A stretch of 64,000 nt of DNA from Eledone cirrhosa (taxonomy: Eukaryota): contig OZ024745.1 in assembly GCA_964016885.1 (NCBI GenBank), forward strand, positions 78,554,001 through 78,618,000, read 5' to 3'. A program made the translations under genes and the position numbers. Numbering within the stretch: the first letter of the stretch is position 1; each line of letters starts with the position of its first letter. This document shows positions 1-17,069 of this stretch, piece after piece. The notes under the pieces were generated by a model. That model was not told where the DNA came from, searched no databases, and saw only the letters and a list, made by a program, of their open reading frames with translations.

Positions 1-667
1 GTAAAATACATTTTATGCAATGGCACTTGAAATAAAAGCGTAGTTAGCACTCAGTTTCACTTTTGGTTGTAATCATTGTTCTTCACTTAATTAATTACGT
101 GGTTATTGCTTATGACCAAAGCATAAATTCCCCAAAATGTCATGCCCCCATATATATCTTGTACGTAGATTTTAAAAAGTCGTTACATAAAACCATGCTC
201 ATTTTAGAAACTATTTTGAATACTGCATTTTCTAGAGGTAAGTAAGTGTAGTTGATGCAGACAAAACCTGAACCATTCTATAAATGAATCTTCACCTATC
301 TTTATATATCTACACTAAATTTCTAAAATATTCTCATATTATGAAAGTGTTTTGCTGCATTACAGATATATATAACGGTTTTCTTACAACTTTAACAAGG
401 AAATGTTCAAATCAGGCAACGATATAAAATAAGTGAACGCATTTTAGTGGAGAATATTTAACGTGATAAGAACATCAAATTCCGGCTTCTTTTTATTAAT
501 AGTAGTTCATACAATTTGACTAATGTTGTATTTATACACCAAAATGAGATCACAATCCATGTTTAGTCGATCAGAAATCTTTCTCTCGAAAATCTCCAAT
601 ATTTCGTTTCCGTTAAACGTGATATAATGATAATTTCAGTTACAGTGTTTCTCTCACATCCACACGA

Positions 668-738
668 ATGTTTATTATAATGATCTCACTAAGTGCTCTT
701 TGTTGTTCATATTATCATACCCTGTCCCACGCCATTGG
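668..738 (+). CDS. Candidate first coding (signal peptide) exon of the EGFL7/8-like gene
   Basis: Encodes hydrophobic MFIIMISLSALCCSYYHTLSHAI plus GG, preceded by acceptor-like tttcag/ttacag (639/645). Joined to 20046 it gives ...HAIG-RHVC in frame. The donor reads GAAATA instead of GT, so the exon is uncertain. Confidence 0.4.
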
Positions 739-1019
739 GAAATATATTTTGTTTCAATTTGATTTACATGTTTTCCTTGTTTTTGTTATGCCTTTTTACA
801 CGAAAAAACCCACACTGTTATATATTGACTTCGTTTATCTAAATTTAAGTGATTAGTATCAGGCTTTTCTGGTCAATTTCATTTACGGTAGACATATCTG
901 AAAGGAAATTTGTCGCTACCCGTTACAGTAACTGAACGTAAACATCAGTATAATGAAAATTACAGTTCGTGAAAGCTTCTCCCTTCCTATCTACTCATAT
1001 ATAAGTCTAAAGTCTGTCT

Positions 1020-1217
1020 TAAACCAGAGGGCTCGTTAGGCAGGTGATTATCCCGTTTCATAGTGTGAAGCGACTGAGGATACAAGATATCCCCCTTAGA
1101 CAGGACGCCAGTCCATCGCAGGGTTAAACCACCAGTTATTGCTGGTACTGATTTACAGATGAGTATACTGGAGCAACGTGAAATTAAGTGTTTTGCTCAA
1201 GAACACACCGCGCAACC
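1020..1217 (-). mobile_element. SINE fragment (CORE/V-SINE-like central motif)
   Basis: ggagcaacgtgaaattaagtgttttgctcaagaacac is shared with the SINE at 22731-22850. Confidence 0.6.
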
Positions 1218-1315
1218 CAGATTTCAAAGCATAAGCAAAGCGGAAGCTTCTAACTGTCGACAACGGTGAAGAATGCATCAAGCAGTGCAACGCATTGCTT
1301 ATGCCTTGAAACCTG
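1218..1315. repeat. Small fold-back / MITE-like element with ~25-bp inverted arms
   Basis: cagatttcaaagcataagcaaagcg ... cgcattgcttatgccttgaaacctg. Confidence 0.65.
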
Positions 1316-1363
1316 AGGTAGCGTAATATATATTAGTGTATAAATCATTATATATATATATAT

Positions 1364-3393
1364 TAGGGTGTGCCATAAAAGGTAAGGTCACAATACTAAC
1401 GCTCCCTGTGTATTTTCCCAATATAAATGCCCCAATTGGTAAAATAAAACATATTTTGTATAAAATAAATTATTTTGAGCCTTGCCTATATCATGGTGAT
1501 TATAGTGGAAAGTGTGATTATGTTGCATGAAATCATGAAAATGTGAAACCAAATATGACCATACAATAATTGTTTATTTTATTAATCCATTATATTTAGT
1601 AAACCAGCTTTGAATATAAAGGCGTACAAGGAAGAAACAAGTTCAGTTAAGTTAACTCCAGTCATATTTTTTTTTTAGAGTTTCTTTTTTGAAATCCGGG
1701 ACCTTGCGACGATGAGCTTCGACTAATTGAAGAACACACTGCTTCTCCTCCTCATTCTTGGTGATGGCAACAAAATCAGTTATCAACTTGACTGCTCTCT
1801 CCGACAGATCGTTGACTATTTTGATATTGTGAACAACAGCACAGGCATTTTGATATGACGCTTGTGATGACCAAATTGCAGGTGACAGCTCAAGCCAAGT
1901 ATCGTCGAGACCAAGGAGATCGAACAGAAGCCTTGATTTATTCCCAACTAGATGAGGCAGCTTCGTGGACGACTTCAACTTGAGAAATACTGGAGCACCA
2001 CGGCCCAGATGTTTTCGTTTTGACAAGACGTTGGGTTATTTGTTTCTTCTCGGACTCTTGGACCCGACTTGAAAACAGCGCTAGCGGAATGGCTTCCTCC
2101 GTCAGGTACCAAAGATGCCTGCTCAGAGCAGTAGTGGCTGCCTGCGAGAGATCTCTGTCAACCTTACTGTACTGTGTCAACTCCACGTAGAATTGAAGGT
2201 CATTGGATAGTTCATCAGCACACTTGACTGCTGTCAGCCAGTATCGCACGTAGAACATAGCATTAAACATACAGATCCGGCGCAACGTTTCTATTTTATC
2301 TTTATGGTAATTGAGTCGCTCACCAAATATGGTAATTGAGTCGCTCATCTTTGCACTATAGATGATTGTGGACATCCACCGAGCGTTATGATGTGCACCA
2401 GGCAGCATCCAATGAATTCCACGGGGAGGGGTGACACCAAGCAAGATCAACATCAACTCCGCACATTATCGGTAGTCGTCCCATGGAAGAGAACTCATTT
2501 TCCGATCGTCGGATGTCAGCAACACTTGGAGGAACTTGATGTTCTCAGAACACAGACGCTTGAGTCTCTGGTCAACAATGTTCAATGTTTTAGAGTAGGT
2601 CTTGTCCGTGAGTGACACCCAATCTTTTTTGAACTCTTGAACTCTGGGGTGTCTGGACTGGACATTGCTCCGAATAGTTGTTGCTACACTGCACACAAGA
2701 TACGCTCCATGACATGGTGCCTACAAGCAAAATAAAACACCTTTTTGTTGAGCATCTCTTCTAGTTTAAAAGGCAGGCACCATTTTTCCATCCAGAATTC
2801 GAAGCAGTTGTGTCGAAGACCAAGCCCACCACAGACCCATCATCATTCCAATCTTTAACAAGATCAAATGATGCTTTGGTTTGGGTGGTTCCAGTGCCAT
2901 CAGGAATTATGGGAACACCGAGAAGTTTTCTTTCTCTGAAGTCCGGAGTTCCAGCAACTAGCACAACTAGCCTCTCGTGGTCACCAGGAATTATTTTGCC
3001 ATCCCAATGCAAGGTAACAAAGTCTGCTACAGCAAATTATTCCTTTATGTGTTCAGCCCCCACAGTTCTGATCTTCTTAGCTGCACGTCTGCTACTATTC
3101 TTGGAGAGAGTTGTGGCGTCTATGTCAGTCCCACCCTCAGAAATAATCGATGCCATAAACATATTGCCCCAGGAGCCATATTTCTCGATCATCACAACGG
3201 AGCGAGTAGCTACAACTAGGCCCACTGGTTTCCGCCATTATTCTGCCAATTTGCAACTATTAGGCAAGGCTTAAATTCGTCTGAAATAATCAAAATTACA
3301 TTATAAATTGATAATATACAAAATGGCATGAGAAAATGCATAGGGAGCTAAGAAAGAAACACTTTTGTGTAAAATGTGGGATTCTGGAACACC

Positions 3394-3396
<3 letters not shown>
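1364..3396 (-). mobile_element. hAT-type (probably hATm group) DNA transposon, decayed and internally deleted
   Basis: Terminal inverted repeats TAGGGTGTGCCATAA / TTCTGGAACACCCTA, with ATATATAT on both sides (possible 8-bp TSD). Minus-strand frameshifted transposase pieces carry HWDGK, LLGVP, FDTTASNSG, CRHH, HHNARWM, RHLWYL and NDLSER. Confidence 0.8.
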
Positions 3397-8336
<4,940 letters not shown>

Positions 8337-8358
8337 CTTATATATATACATACAATGA

Positions 8359-9254
8359 TCTATATATATAAAACTGTGGTTGTCTGTCTGTCTATCGATT
8401 TTTTGGCACACATCTCCTCTTAGAATCTCTCACGGAATTGCACCGAAATTGCTATACTTCTACATTGAGCCCTAGCGAAGACATCGGAAAAAAAAAATTT
8501 CAAATTGACCCACCCTATGTGACGAAATCGAATATAATGTATCGATTTTTGAGCGTAAGTTATCAGTTATTTCCCTTTGTTCTGTTTACATTGAGCGTCT
8601 TACGTAAAAAATTACGAGCCAGCAAAATATTGACCTGCAAAATTCGTCAGTTTGAACACTAAGCTTCCGTTTTGCTTCATTTCCATTTAAAAGCATTTTA
8701 AAACAATAGTTTTACTTGAAAACAAGTCTATTTAAAGACTACGTAAAACAAGCAAATATTTCGTCGTTAGGCGTGCAGACAGACAGTCGTGCAGACAGAC
8801 AGTCGTGCAGAGAGGTGATATACGTGAGCAGACAGATAGTCGTGCAGAGAGGTGATATAGGCGTGCAGACAGACAGTCGTGCAGAGAGGTGATATAGGCG
8901 TGCAGACAGATAGTCGTGCAGAGAGGTGATATAGGCGTGCAGACAGACATAACTGATAATTTGGTTACGCTAATGTTTTTCTCTGCGTTGCAGTGTTTAC
9001 ATTTTCGATCTTTGTTAATAAATAACCAGTGCAGTTTCTATCCCCAGCATCCTCTTTTGTTATAACATTCGGGTTATCGTTATGTTTTCTTAACTTCATA
9101 AGGCATATTGTTGGTTGAGGGAATATTAATCAAAAACACCACATGCAAGTCTGCACAGTAGACACTACAGTTTTTAAGCCAAGAAAGAAACTTAACATTG
9201 TAACTTTAACACAGCTACTGAGCGACCCCGAGCAACGCCGGGCTTTACTGCTAG
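8359..9254 (+). mobile_element. Non-autonomous Helitron
   Basis: 5' TC (a|tctatatatataaaactgtggttgtctgtctg), 3' hairpin ccccgagcaacgccggg then CTAG|t, inserted at an A|T site; internal minisatellite. Confidence 0.82.
8770..8948 (+). repeat. Minisatellite inside the Helitron (~37-bp unit gcgtgcagacaga[ct]agtcgtgcagagaggtgatatag, about 4-5 copies)
   Basis: Directly visible tandem units. Confidence 0.9.
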
Positions 9255-9766
9255 TATTAAATAAATGGAAACTATATTTATAAAACCATATTTAATCTAT
9301 TATATATATTTCAAGGGTACCAAAACTTTGGTACGCTATCATCAAATGTTGACATAACCAAGGAGAATATACCTTAACGGTTCAAGTTTTCCTTGGATAG
9401 TGAAGGGATAAGAGAAGAAAAGTGAGATATTTCAAATTATTAAGATGAGTATGCAAATGAGGTTTAGGTAAAAGGGCTGAAAAAACGTTATTTTAGATGC
9501 TATGGAATATTTAAATAATTATGATAAGTTACTGTATGCGTAGGAAAGAAGAGAAAGGAAGAAGAGCTAGCATTTACGTTAATTTGGGGGAAAAAACTTA
9601 TTTACCTATATTATGAGTTATAGTATTGTATATATAATCAATTAGATTATATGATGAATTATGGTTGTAAGTATTTTTATCTTATTACATTACAATAGGT
9701 TATATATATGTAGATATGTATATGTGTATATATATATGTGTATATGTATATATATATCTGTATATA

Positions 9767-9799
<33 letters not shown>

Positions 9800-9903
9800 A
9801 TATATATATGGTTATATATATGTATATATATATATGTACATATGTATATATATATGTACATATGTATATATATATATGTATATATATATATGTATATATT
9901 TGT

Positions 9904-9950
<47 letters not shown>

Positions 9951-9954
9951 TTTT

Positions 9955-10195
9955 GGTGGCTCTCTCAGACATGCCCTCTGTAGTACATACAACAACATCC
10001 CTCACTAGCTTTGCTGATGACACTAAGGTAGCACAGGCAATCAAAAACCTGGCTGACGCTGCCCTTTTACAACAAGATCTGGATGCCATATACAAATGGG
10101 CGGAAGAAAACAACATGCAGTTTAATGCTGTCAAACTCCAAGTCCTACAATACAAACCTGCAAACACAAATACAGTACAACACAGTTACGCAGGA
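9955..10195 (+). mobile_element. CR1/L2-like LINE reverse transcriptase fragment
   Basis: SFADDTKV...[20 protein letters not shown]. Confidence 0.85.
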
Positions 10196-10450
10196 CGTAC
10201 AGTAGTATGTATATATATATATACATGCACACATATATATATGTACGTATGGTTTACAAACAAACCGAACATTATAACAAATGTTCGGTAAACCTATACG
10301 TACATATATATATATGTGTGCATGTATGTATATATATATACATACTACTGTACGTCTGTATACATATATGTATGCACGTATACATACTTACATTTAAGTA
10401 TCAGCCGTACTAAGAGTGAGAAATGAAATTTCATTAAATTCTTTTCCATT
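10195..10450. repeat. Fold-back element ending in the shared tail cagccgtactaagagtgagaaatgaaattt
   Basis: Arms gacgtacagtagtatg...tgtacgtat / atacgtaca...catactactgtacgtc; related to 26905-27400. Confidence 0.75.
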
Positions 10451-10617
10451 TATATATATATATATATTGTTATACTTGGGGAGGGTCATGTTGCCAATAA
10501 GAAACACACGCACCAGTTGCTTTCACTTCAATTTATTATAGTAAATTTATAAATTTAGGAATTTATAAATTTCCGGTTGGTTGGTTGGTTCCACAACCAG
10601 ATGGTTGTTTATATATT

Positions 10618-10660
10618 GTCAAAGTTCTTTCGTCACACATTCTGTGACCTCTTCAGTGAC
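10618..10660 (-). ncRNA. Minimal type I hammerhead ribozyme motif
   Basis: Minus strand: GTCA-CTGAAGA-G-GTCACA(gaatg)TGTGAC-GAAA-GAAC-TT-TGAC. Confidence 0.7.
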
Positions 10661-10808
10661 TGGGGATTCTTTTCTTTGTTTTTGTGCCTCTCCTCGGATG
10701 TGGCGCATGCGCAGACTGAGCACACAACACACACACAAAAACAAGATGGCGTAGGACAGAACAAAGGAGAGGCACAAAAACAAAAAAAAACAAAGAAAAG
10801 AATCCCCA

Positions 10809-10851
10809 GTCACTGAAGAGGTAACAGAATGTGTGACGAAAGAACTTTGAC
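10809..10851 (+). ncRNA. Minimal type I hammerhead ribozyme motif
   Basis: GTCA-CTGAAGA-G-GTaACA...TGTGAC-GAAA-GAAC-TT-TGAC, with one stem II mismatch. Confidence 0.65.
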
Positions 10852-10927
10852 AATACTAACAGCCGTACTAAGAGTGAGAAATGAAATTTCGTTTCATTTT
10901 TTCCGTTTATATATGTATATATATATG

Positions 10928-11016
<89 letters not shown>

Positions 11017-11107
11017 GTGTGTATATATATATGCGTGTGTGTGTGTGTCATAATATATAAGTGTGTATGTGTGTGTATATATATGTGTGTGTGTGTGTAT
11101 ATATATA

Positions 11108-11145
<38 letters not shown>

Positions 11146-11169
11146 CGTGTGTATATATATTGCTATCAT

Positions 11170-11605
11170 ATATTGCTAACAGCGTATTTCCAGACTTAAG
11201 TAATCAATATAACTCACATAAATGTTTGTGTGAAAGGGCAATTCTTGCTCCCAAAAATGAGACAGTAGCAACGATTAACCATGAGCTAATCAATAAGATT
11301 CCAACAGTAATTAAGGAGTACCAATCAGGTGATTCAGTCCTTGATGAATATCAAGCTGGCCACTACCCAACACAGTTTCTTAATTCTCTTGAACCACCTG
11401 AAACTCCACATAATCTTTTCCTGAATTTGGAGTCCCAATTATGCTTCTAAGAAATTTAGATCCTCCTAAATTATGTAATGGGACAAGGTTGATTGTGAAG
11501 ATATTATCACCTAATGTGATTGAAGCTACCATCATCACTAGGTGGGCCTCTGGGGAAGATGTTTTCATTGCAAGAATTCCAATCAAACCAACGGACATGC
11601 CATTG
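11170..11605 (+). pseudogene. Helitron Pif1-like helicase fragment
   Basis: ERAILAPKNETV..IN, YPTQFLNSL, then after a frameshift MLLRNLDPPKLCNGTRL and GEDVFIARIP. Confidence 0.88.
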
Positions 11606-12652
11606 ATAATATACTATAATTAATAGTTTGAAATGTGGAAGTTTACTCATATTTCCAGGCAATTAAATGCAAATACTTATGCTTCTATGAGAATACATAC
11701 GTTTCTTTTACGAATGTGTATCTGCATAAATTTAGGTTATATATGAAAGATATATGACTACGTGTGTGGTTTTAATCCCCTACCTACCTATTTTTCAGGT
11801 ATCAGAAGTGAAGCACATATGTAGCATGTATGAATATATTATTTTTAGGTTGTTGGTTATAGTTGACCAAATGTGTTCACCGATTATAACGGGTGTGAAT
11901 TTGTTGTGTTGTTAAATGAATTGGTCAGTGGTTCATTGAAGTGTGGCAGGAATTGTAGCAGTAAATGTTCTGGATTGGTGAATGTGTAAGTTGATCTGTC
12001 CTATATAAAGCGTTGTGTGAAATGCCGTAGTGAAGGAACGATAAACAAGATCTGCTACTTTAATAATTTTATTGCTTAACATGCTTCGAAGTTATTGTGA
12101 CAATATAGGAAAAACAAAGATATTCACAGTTAAAATTGTGAGTGTTTGAGTGGTGGTTTGACGTGGATGTTTGTAGTAAATGTGTTGAAATTTGTATATA
12201 ACTAAACTTTGTTGATAGAGCTCACTGGCCTAGAGACAGCCACCCCGATATAGGTCGGAATAAATCTATGGACAACTACATCGTTCTGATATCTTTCGTG
12301 AACTGGAGTGAACTGCATAGGACAGTCGAGGGCAGAGTATTTTTGAGGATAGTCTTATATTCTGACAATATGCCGATGGCCGCTCGAAAACCAGTCCTCC
12401 AGACAATTTGCGACATTAGTCCCAAACAAAGGAATAAATATCTATGAGGCCAATAGATCAGCGTGTGTGGTCGCAATGACCTATTTAGTTAACTTAGGAA
12501 CAAAAGTTCAAATCAGTCTGATTACATGCGCTAATAGCGATAGTTAACATAGAATTGAGGGAGCTCTGACCAGCAGGCAGATGTGTGTGTGTGTGTGTGT
12601 GTGTGCACATGTGTCTGTGTGTGTGTGTGTGCACATGTGTGTGTGTGTGTGC

Positions 12653-12701
<49 letters not shown>

Positions 12702-12705
12702 TGTG

Positions 12706-12752
<47 letters not shown>

Positions 12753-13199
12753 GTGTGTGTGTGTGTGTATCTCCTTTTATTTAACTTAATTCTACCCCAG
12801 TTTTAAAAAATAAATGTCAAAATCGACTTCCCTGTCCTCCAAACTCAACTAATATTCAATTTAGAACGTTTCGTGTTTTCCATTGGCTGTGCCTTATGTA
12901 AAGTGTGATCGTACATATTGTATTGCACTGATAAAAAGAGAAAACATCTAACACATATTTCAGATATGGAGTAAATATATCTTACTGACTTCTTTCTGTA
13001 ATATTCTTCTTTACAACATTATCATTGTATACTCTCAGATACAATAGCAAAAGATAAAACACAATAGCAAAGGGTAAGCTCTTCCTGGAGTATCTCTATT
13101 AATTCAATGACAGACCAGTGTGTTTTAAATAACCAAATACACACCCATTAGAATAACTAACTTACATACATACATGATGATGATGGCTACAACACTATT

Positions 13200-14340
13200 T
13201 CGAGTAATGCCATCGCTTGATACTTAAGCATTTGCATCACGCCGTGGCTTTTTAGTCCTGCTAGGGACTTGTCTATGGCAAGCAATACCATGCATCGCAA
13301 AGAATGTCACATATCAAGGGAGGCCTGTATTTGAAGCTTTTTTTAGTAAGGAAAGGCTTTACACGCGGCTAATCCCCCTCTCTGATCACTGAATGCATTT
13401 GCCCAAAAAGAACCGGTCAAACGAAGTCGCAGTTTCCTCCCACCTGTATTTCTTTCACTTCTTCACACAGTGATCATTATGCATCCATCCATCCATACAT
13501 ACAATTATGTTCTGCTAGGGGCCTACATCCATTTATGCAAATGCGGCATTACTTCCACTTTGGTTCCCTGTTTTGTTTTTGGTGGGCTTTCTAATGACAT
13601 TGGGGTCCACCAGCCGAGGCACATTGTTTTCTCCACTTTCGACAAGTAGAAGGGATAAAAAGAGCACAATCAGCATACATTTTGTACACGGCTTCTATGA
13701 CTTCTATAACCAGCTTCAAAGAGATAAATCCGGCCACAGTCATTGCACATGAAAACATTTTGAGTCTCTGAAAATGAAACTAAAGTTATATTATGTAGAC
13801 CTTTATGCTGATCCCTCGTTAATGTGTTATGCTCCACGTGAGAATTTTCAAATTCCTGTTTTCCATTAAACTTTGTTTTCATCCAAGATGATCGATCTAA
13901 GGCAATTTATTTTCAGTTTTCTTCTCTGAATTTTTACTTTATTAAAGCTTTTTTTGTGCAGTAATTATACCAAATTTTTGGTTTTTGCCTTAGCCTTAGC
14001 ATTTGATTAACTCCCCGTACAGTTGTAACTGCTTAGAAATATGATGACCAAGCATTCTTACAATATGGCCGCTTCAGCGCTATCTGTATTGAATTATAAG
14101 AGATTCAATACTTTCAGAATGACTTCGTTCCAACACTTCAACATCACTCATATGTATTCGGCGAAGACACTGTTGATGAATATTTCAAGCAATTTTATAT
14201 TTCGCTGGTATATGACACACATTTTCACATGCATACAACAACGACAACAATACACATGTTCTGTACATTTTTAACTTTGTATCAATGGAAATCCCACATC
14301 GACACCAGAAACGCCCATTAATTAACTAAAAGAAACACTT
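13200..14340 (-). mobile_element. Highly decayed LINE (RTE-like) 3' portion
   Basis: C-terminal C2H2-like MCNDCGRIYLFEAGYRSH followed by a probable 3' UTR; many stops. Confidence 0.5.
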
Positions 14341-14467
14341 GCTTTCTGTAGTCGCAAAGGTGTTTGTCATTTTAACTGTGCTGCATAAATACACAGATTT
14401 ATCCTCAACCTCCAATGCTTTGGCATATACATAAATGCAAGCCTCAATGAAAGCCTTGTGTCATCTA

Positions 14468-14553
14468 AACACCTGAAGATTAGGTCACAAATTTGATCCC
14501 TCCTATAAGCTACAAATATGGTCAATATTGGACCTTGAAACTTTAAGTAGAGC
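14468..14553 (+). ncRNA. Hammerhead-like motif in a Penelope pseudo-LTR remnant
   Basis: CTGAAGA-tt-AGGTC...GACCT-t-GAAA-CTTTAAG-TA; stem I weak. Homologous to 38590-38690 (-) and 40628-40700. Confidence 0.5.
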
Positions 14554-14580
14554 TTTTGTTCCGTGCATGAACGTAAATAA

Positions 14581-14830
14581 CACAGGTCAACAAATTGTTT
14601 TTTTTTTCTGCTGACCTAAGTTTGAGTCCTGTTCTTGAGTAATTTGGGGCCGCTGAGTTTAAAAATGACAATACTTAGTAATCCATCCCAAGTAAATTAT
14701 ATTATTCATGCAGTACATAATAAAACAGGGATGTGCTACGGAAAATGGATGCCATATTTGAAATCAGCACCTCAAAATTAGTTAAAAATAACAACAGAAC
14801 CTAAGTCAGTAAAAAGTCTGTTGACCAGTG
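14581..14830. mobile_element. Chapaev3-like non-autonomous DNA transposon (MITE)
   Basis: TIRs CACAGGTCAACA / TGTTGACCAGTG with a TAA duplication on both sides. It interrupts a sequence that is contiguous at 40663-40700. Confidence 0.72.
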
Positions 14831-15084
14831 TAATTAATATAATATAATATATCAGCTCTTATACCTGATTGAGGAGTGTTTTCCTTCTTCACACCTACGG
14901 ATATTTACTATATATATATATAGCATATAAATATCTACACATTATTGGATTGTCGTTGACGCTCCTGAGTTCCTTTGCACTTTGACAGGCTTCCAAAAAT
15001 CACCTCCTTACTAAACAATCTTGATGGGGCATGGTGTCCGACGCTTCACCGATACTGCCAATCCACTTCAAACTAAAAATAATG

Positions 15085-15297
15085 ATTTCTACTATAGACA
15101 CAAGGCCAGCATTTTGAGGGGAGTGGAAAGTCGATTAAATCGACATCAGTGAATTACTGATACTCTATTTTATCGACTCCGTAAAGAGGAAAGCCATAGC
15201 TAACCTCGACGGGATTGAAAGTTAGAACGTAAATGGCTGTAACTCTATGCCGCGAAGCATGGTGTCCGACTCTCCACCGTACAGCCAATCCACCACA
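15085..15297 (-). mobile_element. tRNA-derived SINE (dominant family in the window)
   Basis: Shares acaaggccagc...tttatcgac...aacctcg...gccaatccacc with the other copies. Confidence 0.8.
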
Positions 15298-16166
15298 AAC
15301 TAAAAATAATGGTATCTTTAAATGTTTAGAATTGTCCCCCATCTTTCAGTTTTCCTCTCGAATGACTACATTATTAAGCAGTGTTAGACCCTACTTCAAC
15401 AAACACTTATATAGTTAACTCGACCCAAAGAACCTCCGAGAAATTTACACGACAAAGTTATTCGTCAACCACTAAACACCTACACATCACTTAGAATTGA
15501 ATATAAACACACTGAATTAAATGTTTCTACTGGCAAAAGATATAACACAAGAACATCTGTTTACATGCGTTGATATAAACATACTTACAAGCTACTTCAA
15601 ATCTTAAGATTTTTTCGTATTACTTACAAAAGTCTCGAACATATATTTGATGCAAACACAGACAATACATGTTGTTGCTAGCCGAAATACTCGACTGATA
15701 TATGTTCTTCTAAACAATTTTAATTAATGTTAATAGGATATGTGACAAATCATATATATATGTAAATACGATTCAAATGATAGCTTTAAACAGGTCACCT
15801 CTTTCTTGATCACAATTTCAACATCCTTAGTCTTATCAAAATTTGAGCTTAGATGGATGAATGAATTAACGTAGGCATTTAGGGCTGGGATAAAGGTTTT
15901 ATTAATTATATAACATTTTAACAGTTCCTTGATTTTCTTCCATTGCTGGACATTTAAAACAAAGCAATCTTTCAGTTAACAGGAATATTTGTTCAAGCAA
16001 TACAGAGAAGAACGAATGAATAATGTTAGTATATTTCTTAATTTAATATTTGTATCAAGTTTTTTCACTATAGAATTGGATATACTGACTCGACGTGAAC
16101 ACTCCTTCGGATTACTGGACCTTTCATTGCCTTTTGCATATACCAATATTCCATGACTCACAAACG

Positions 16167-16243
<77 letters not shown>

Positions 16244-17069
16244 CCAAGAGATGGCAAAATGAACAGACCTGCTTTTTCTCGAAGATTCTTTTTCCTTTCT
16301 GCCACTGCTCACTCTCCTCTGTCTTTCTGTTTCTTCTTTAATTTCTTATTCTACTTTCTGATGAAGGACTAGCGTTCAAAACATTAAGACTGTTATTACT
16401 ATATTAAACATGAAACAAATATATATCTTCATTGAACTTTATCGTCTGTTGTGGGATATTTTTTTTTTGTTTGTTTGTTTTTTTCGTTTACTTTATACAT
16501 ACATACATATGCTTTCGTGGAGACCTCAAATCCGTTGGATTCCTACCTTAGATCTTCACAGTGGAATTGGATTTACGTGAACCACTATCTGGACACTTCG
16601 TTAGATCACTGGAGCTTTCATTTAAAAATAGCTTGTTTCAACGATTCATGCTTAAACGATGTCTCTTATACACAATGACGTCACGGTCCACGTTTCGACC
16701 ATTGTTCATAAACAATGGCTGAAGTTACGAACAAGCTATACGTATTATATTGTTCAAATCCCGCCGAGGTTAACTTTCCCTTTCATCCTTATAATAAAGT
16801 ACCAGTAATGCACTGGATAATTGCTGGCCTTGTGTCAAAAGTAGAAATGATTATAATGTTATAAGATTACAATTACAATGATGAACATGTGCTAACATAG
16901 AACTGGTTGTGCAGGCAGGTGTTTGTGTGTGTGTTTATCTCCCTTTGTATTTCTTGATTCATCCCAGTGACAAGGTTGAATATCCATTACATTAAACAAT
17001 TTCTTTACATTGCATTCCAAAATTGAACATTTTTATATCAGCCATCGACTCATATTTTAATATTTTCTC

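Larger units (their letters stand above)
10465..10910. mobile_element. Hammerhead-bearing fold-back element (putative non-autonomous Penelope-like/retrozyme-like)
   Basis: ~80-bp inverted arms (10615-10694 vs ~10765-10855), each with a hammerhead motif. Head module tattgttatacttggggagggtcat and shared tail module; flanked by (TA)n. Confidence 0.7.

Noticed and set aside
195-237. Short ORF MLILETILNTAFSR ending at a strong ag|gtaagt donor
   Set aside because: Its phase-1 end does not fit the phase-2 EMI exon and it is a poor signal peptide; at most a UTR exon.
8770-8948. Regularly spaced ~37-bp repeats resembling a CRISPR array
   Set aside because: No unique spacers, eukaryotic context, and located inside a Helitron.
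16350-16395. ctgatgaaggac...gttc-aaaac hammerhead-like motif
   Set aside because: GAAA is mutated to AAAA and there is no convincing stem I; a relic only.
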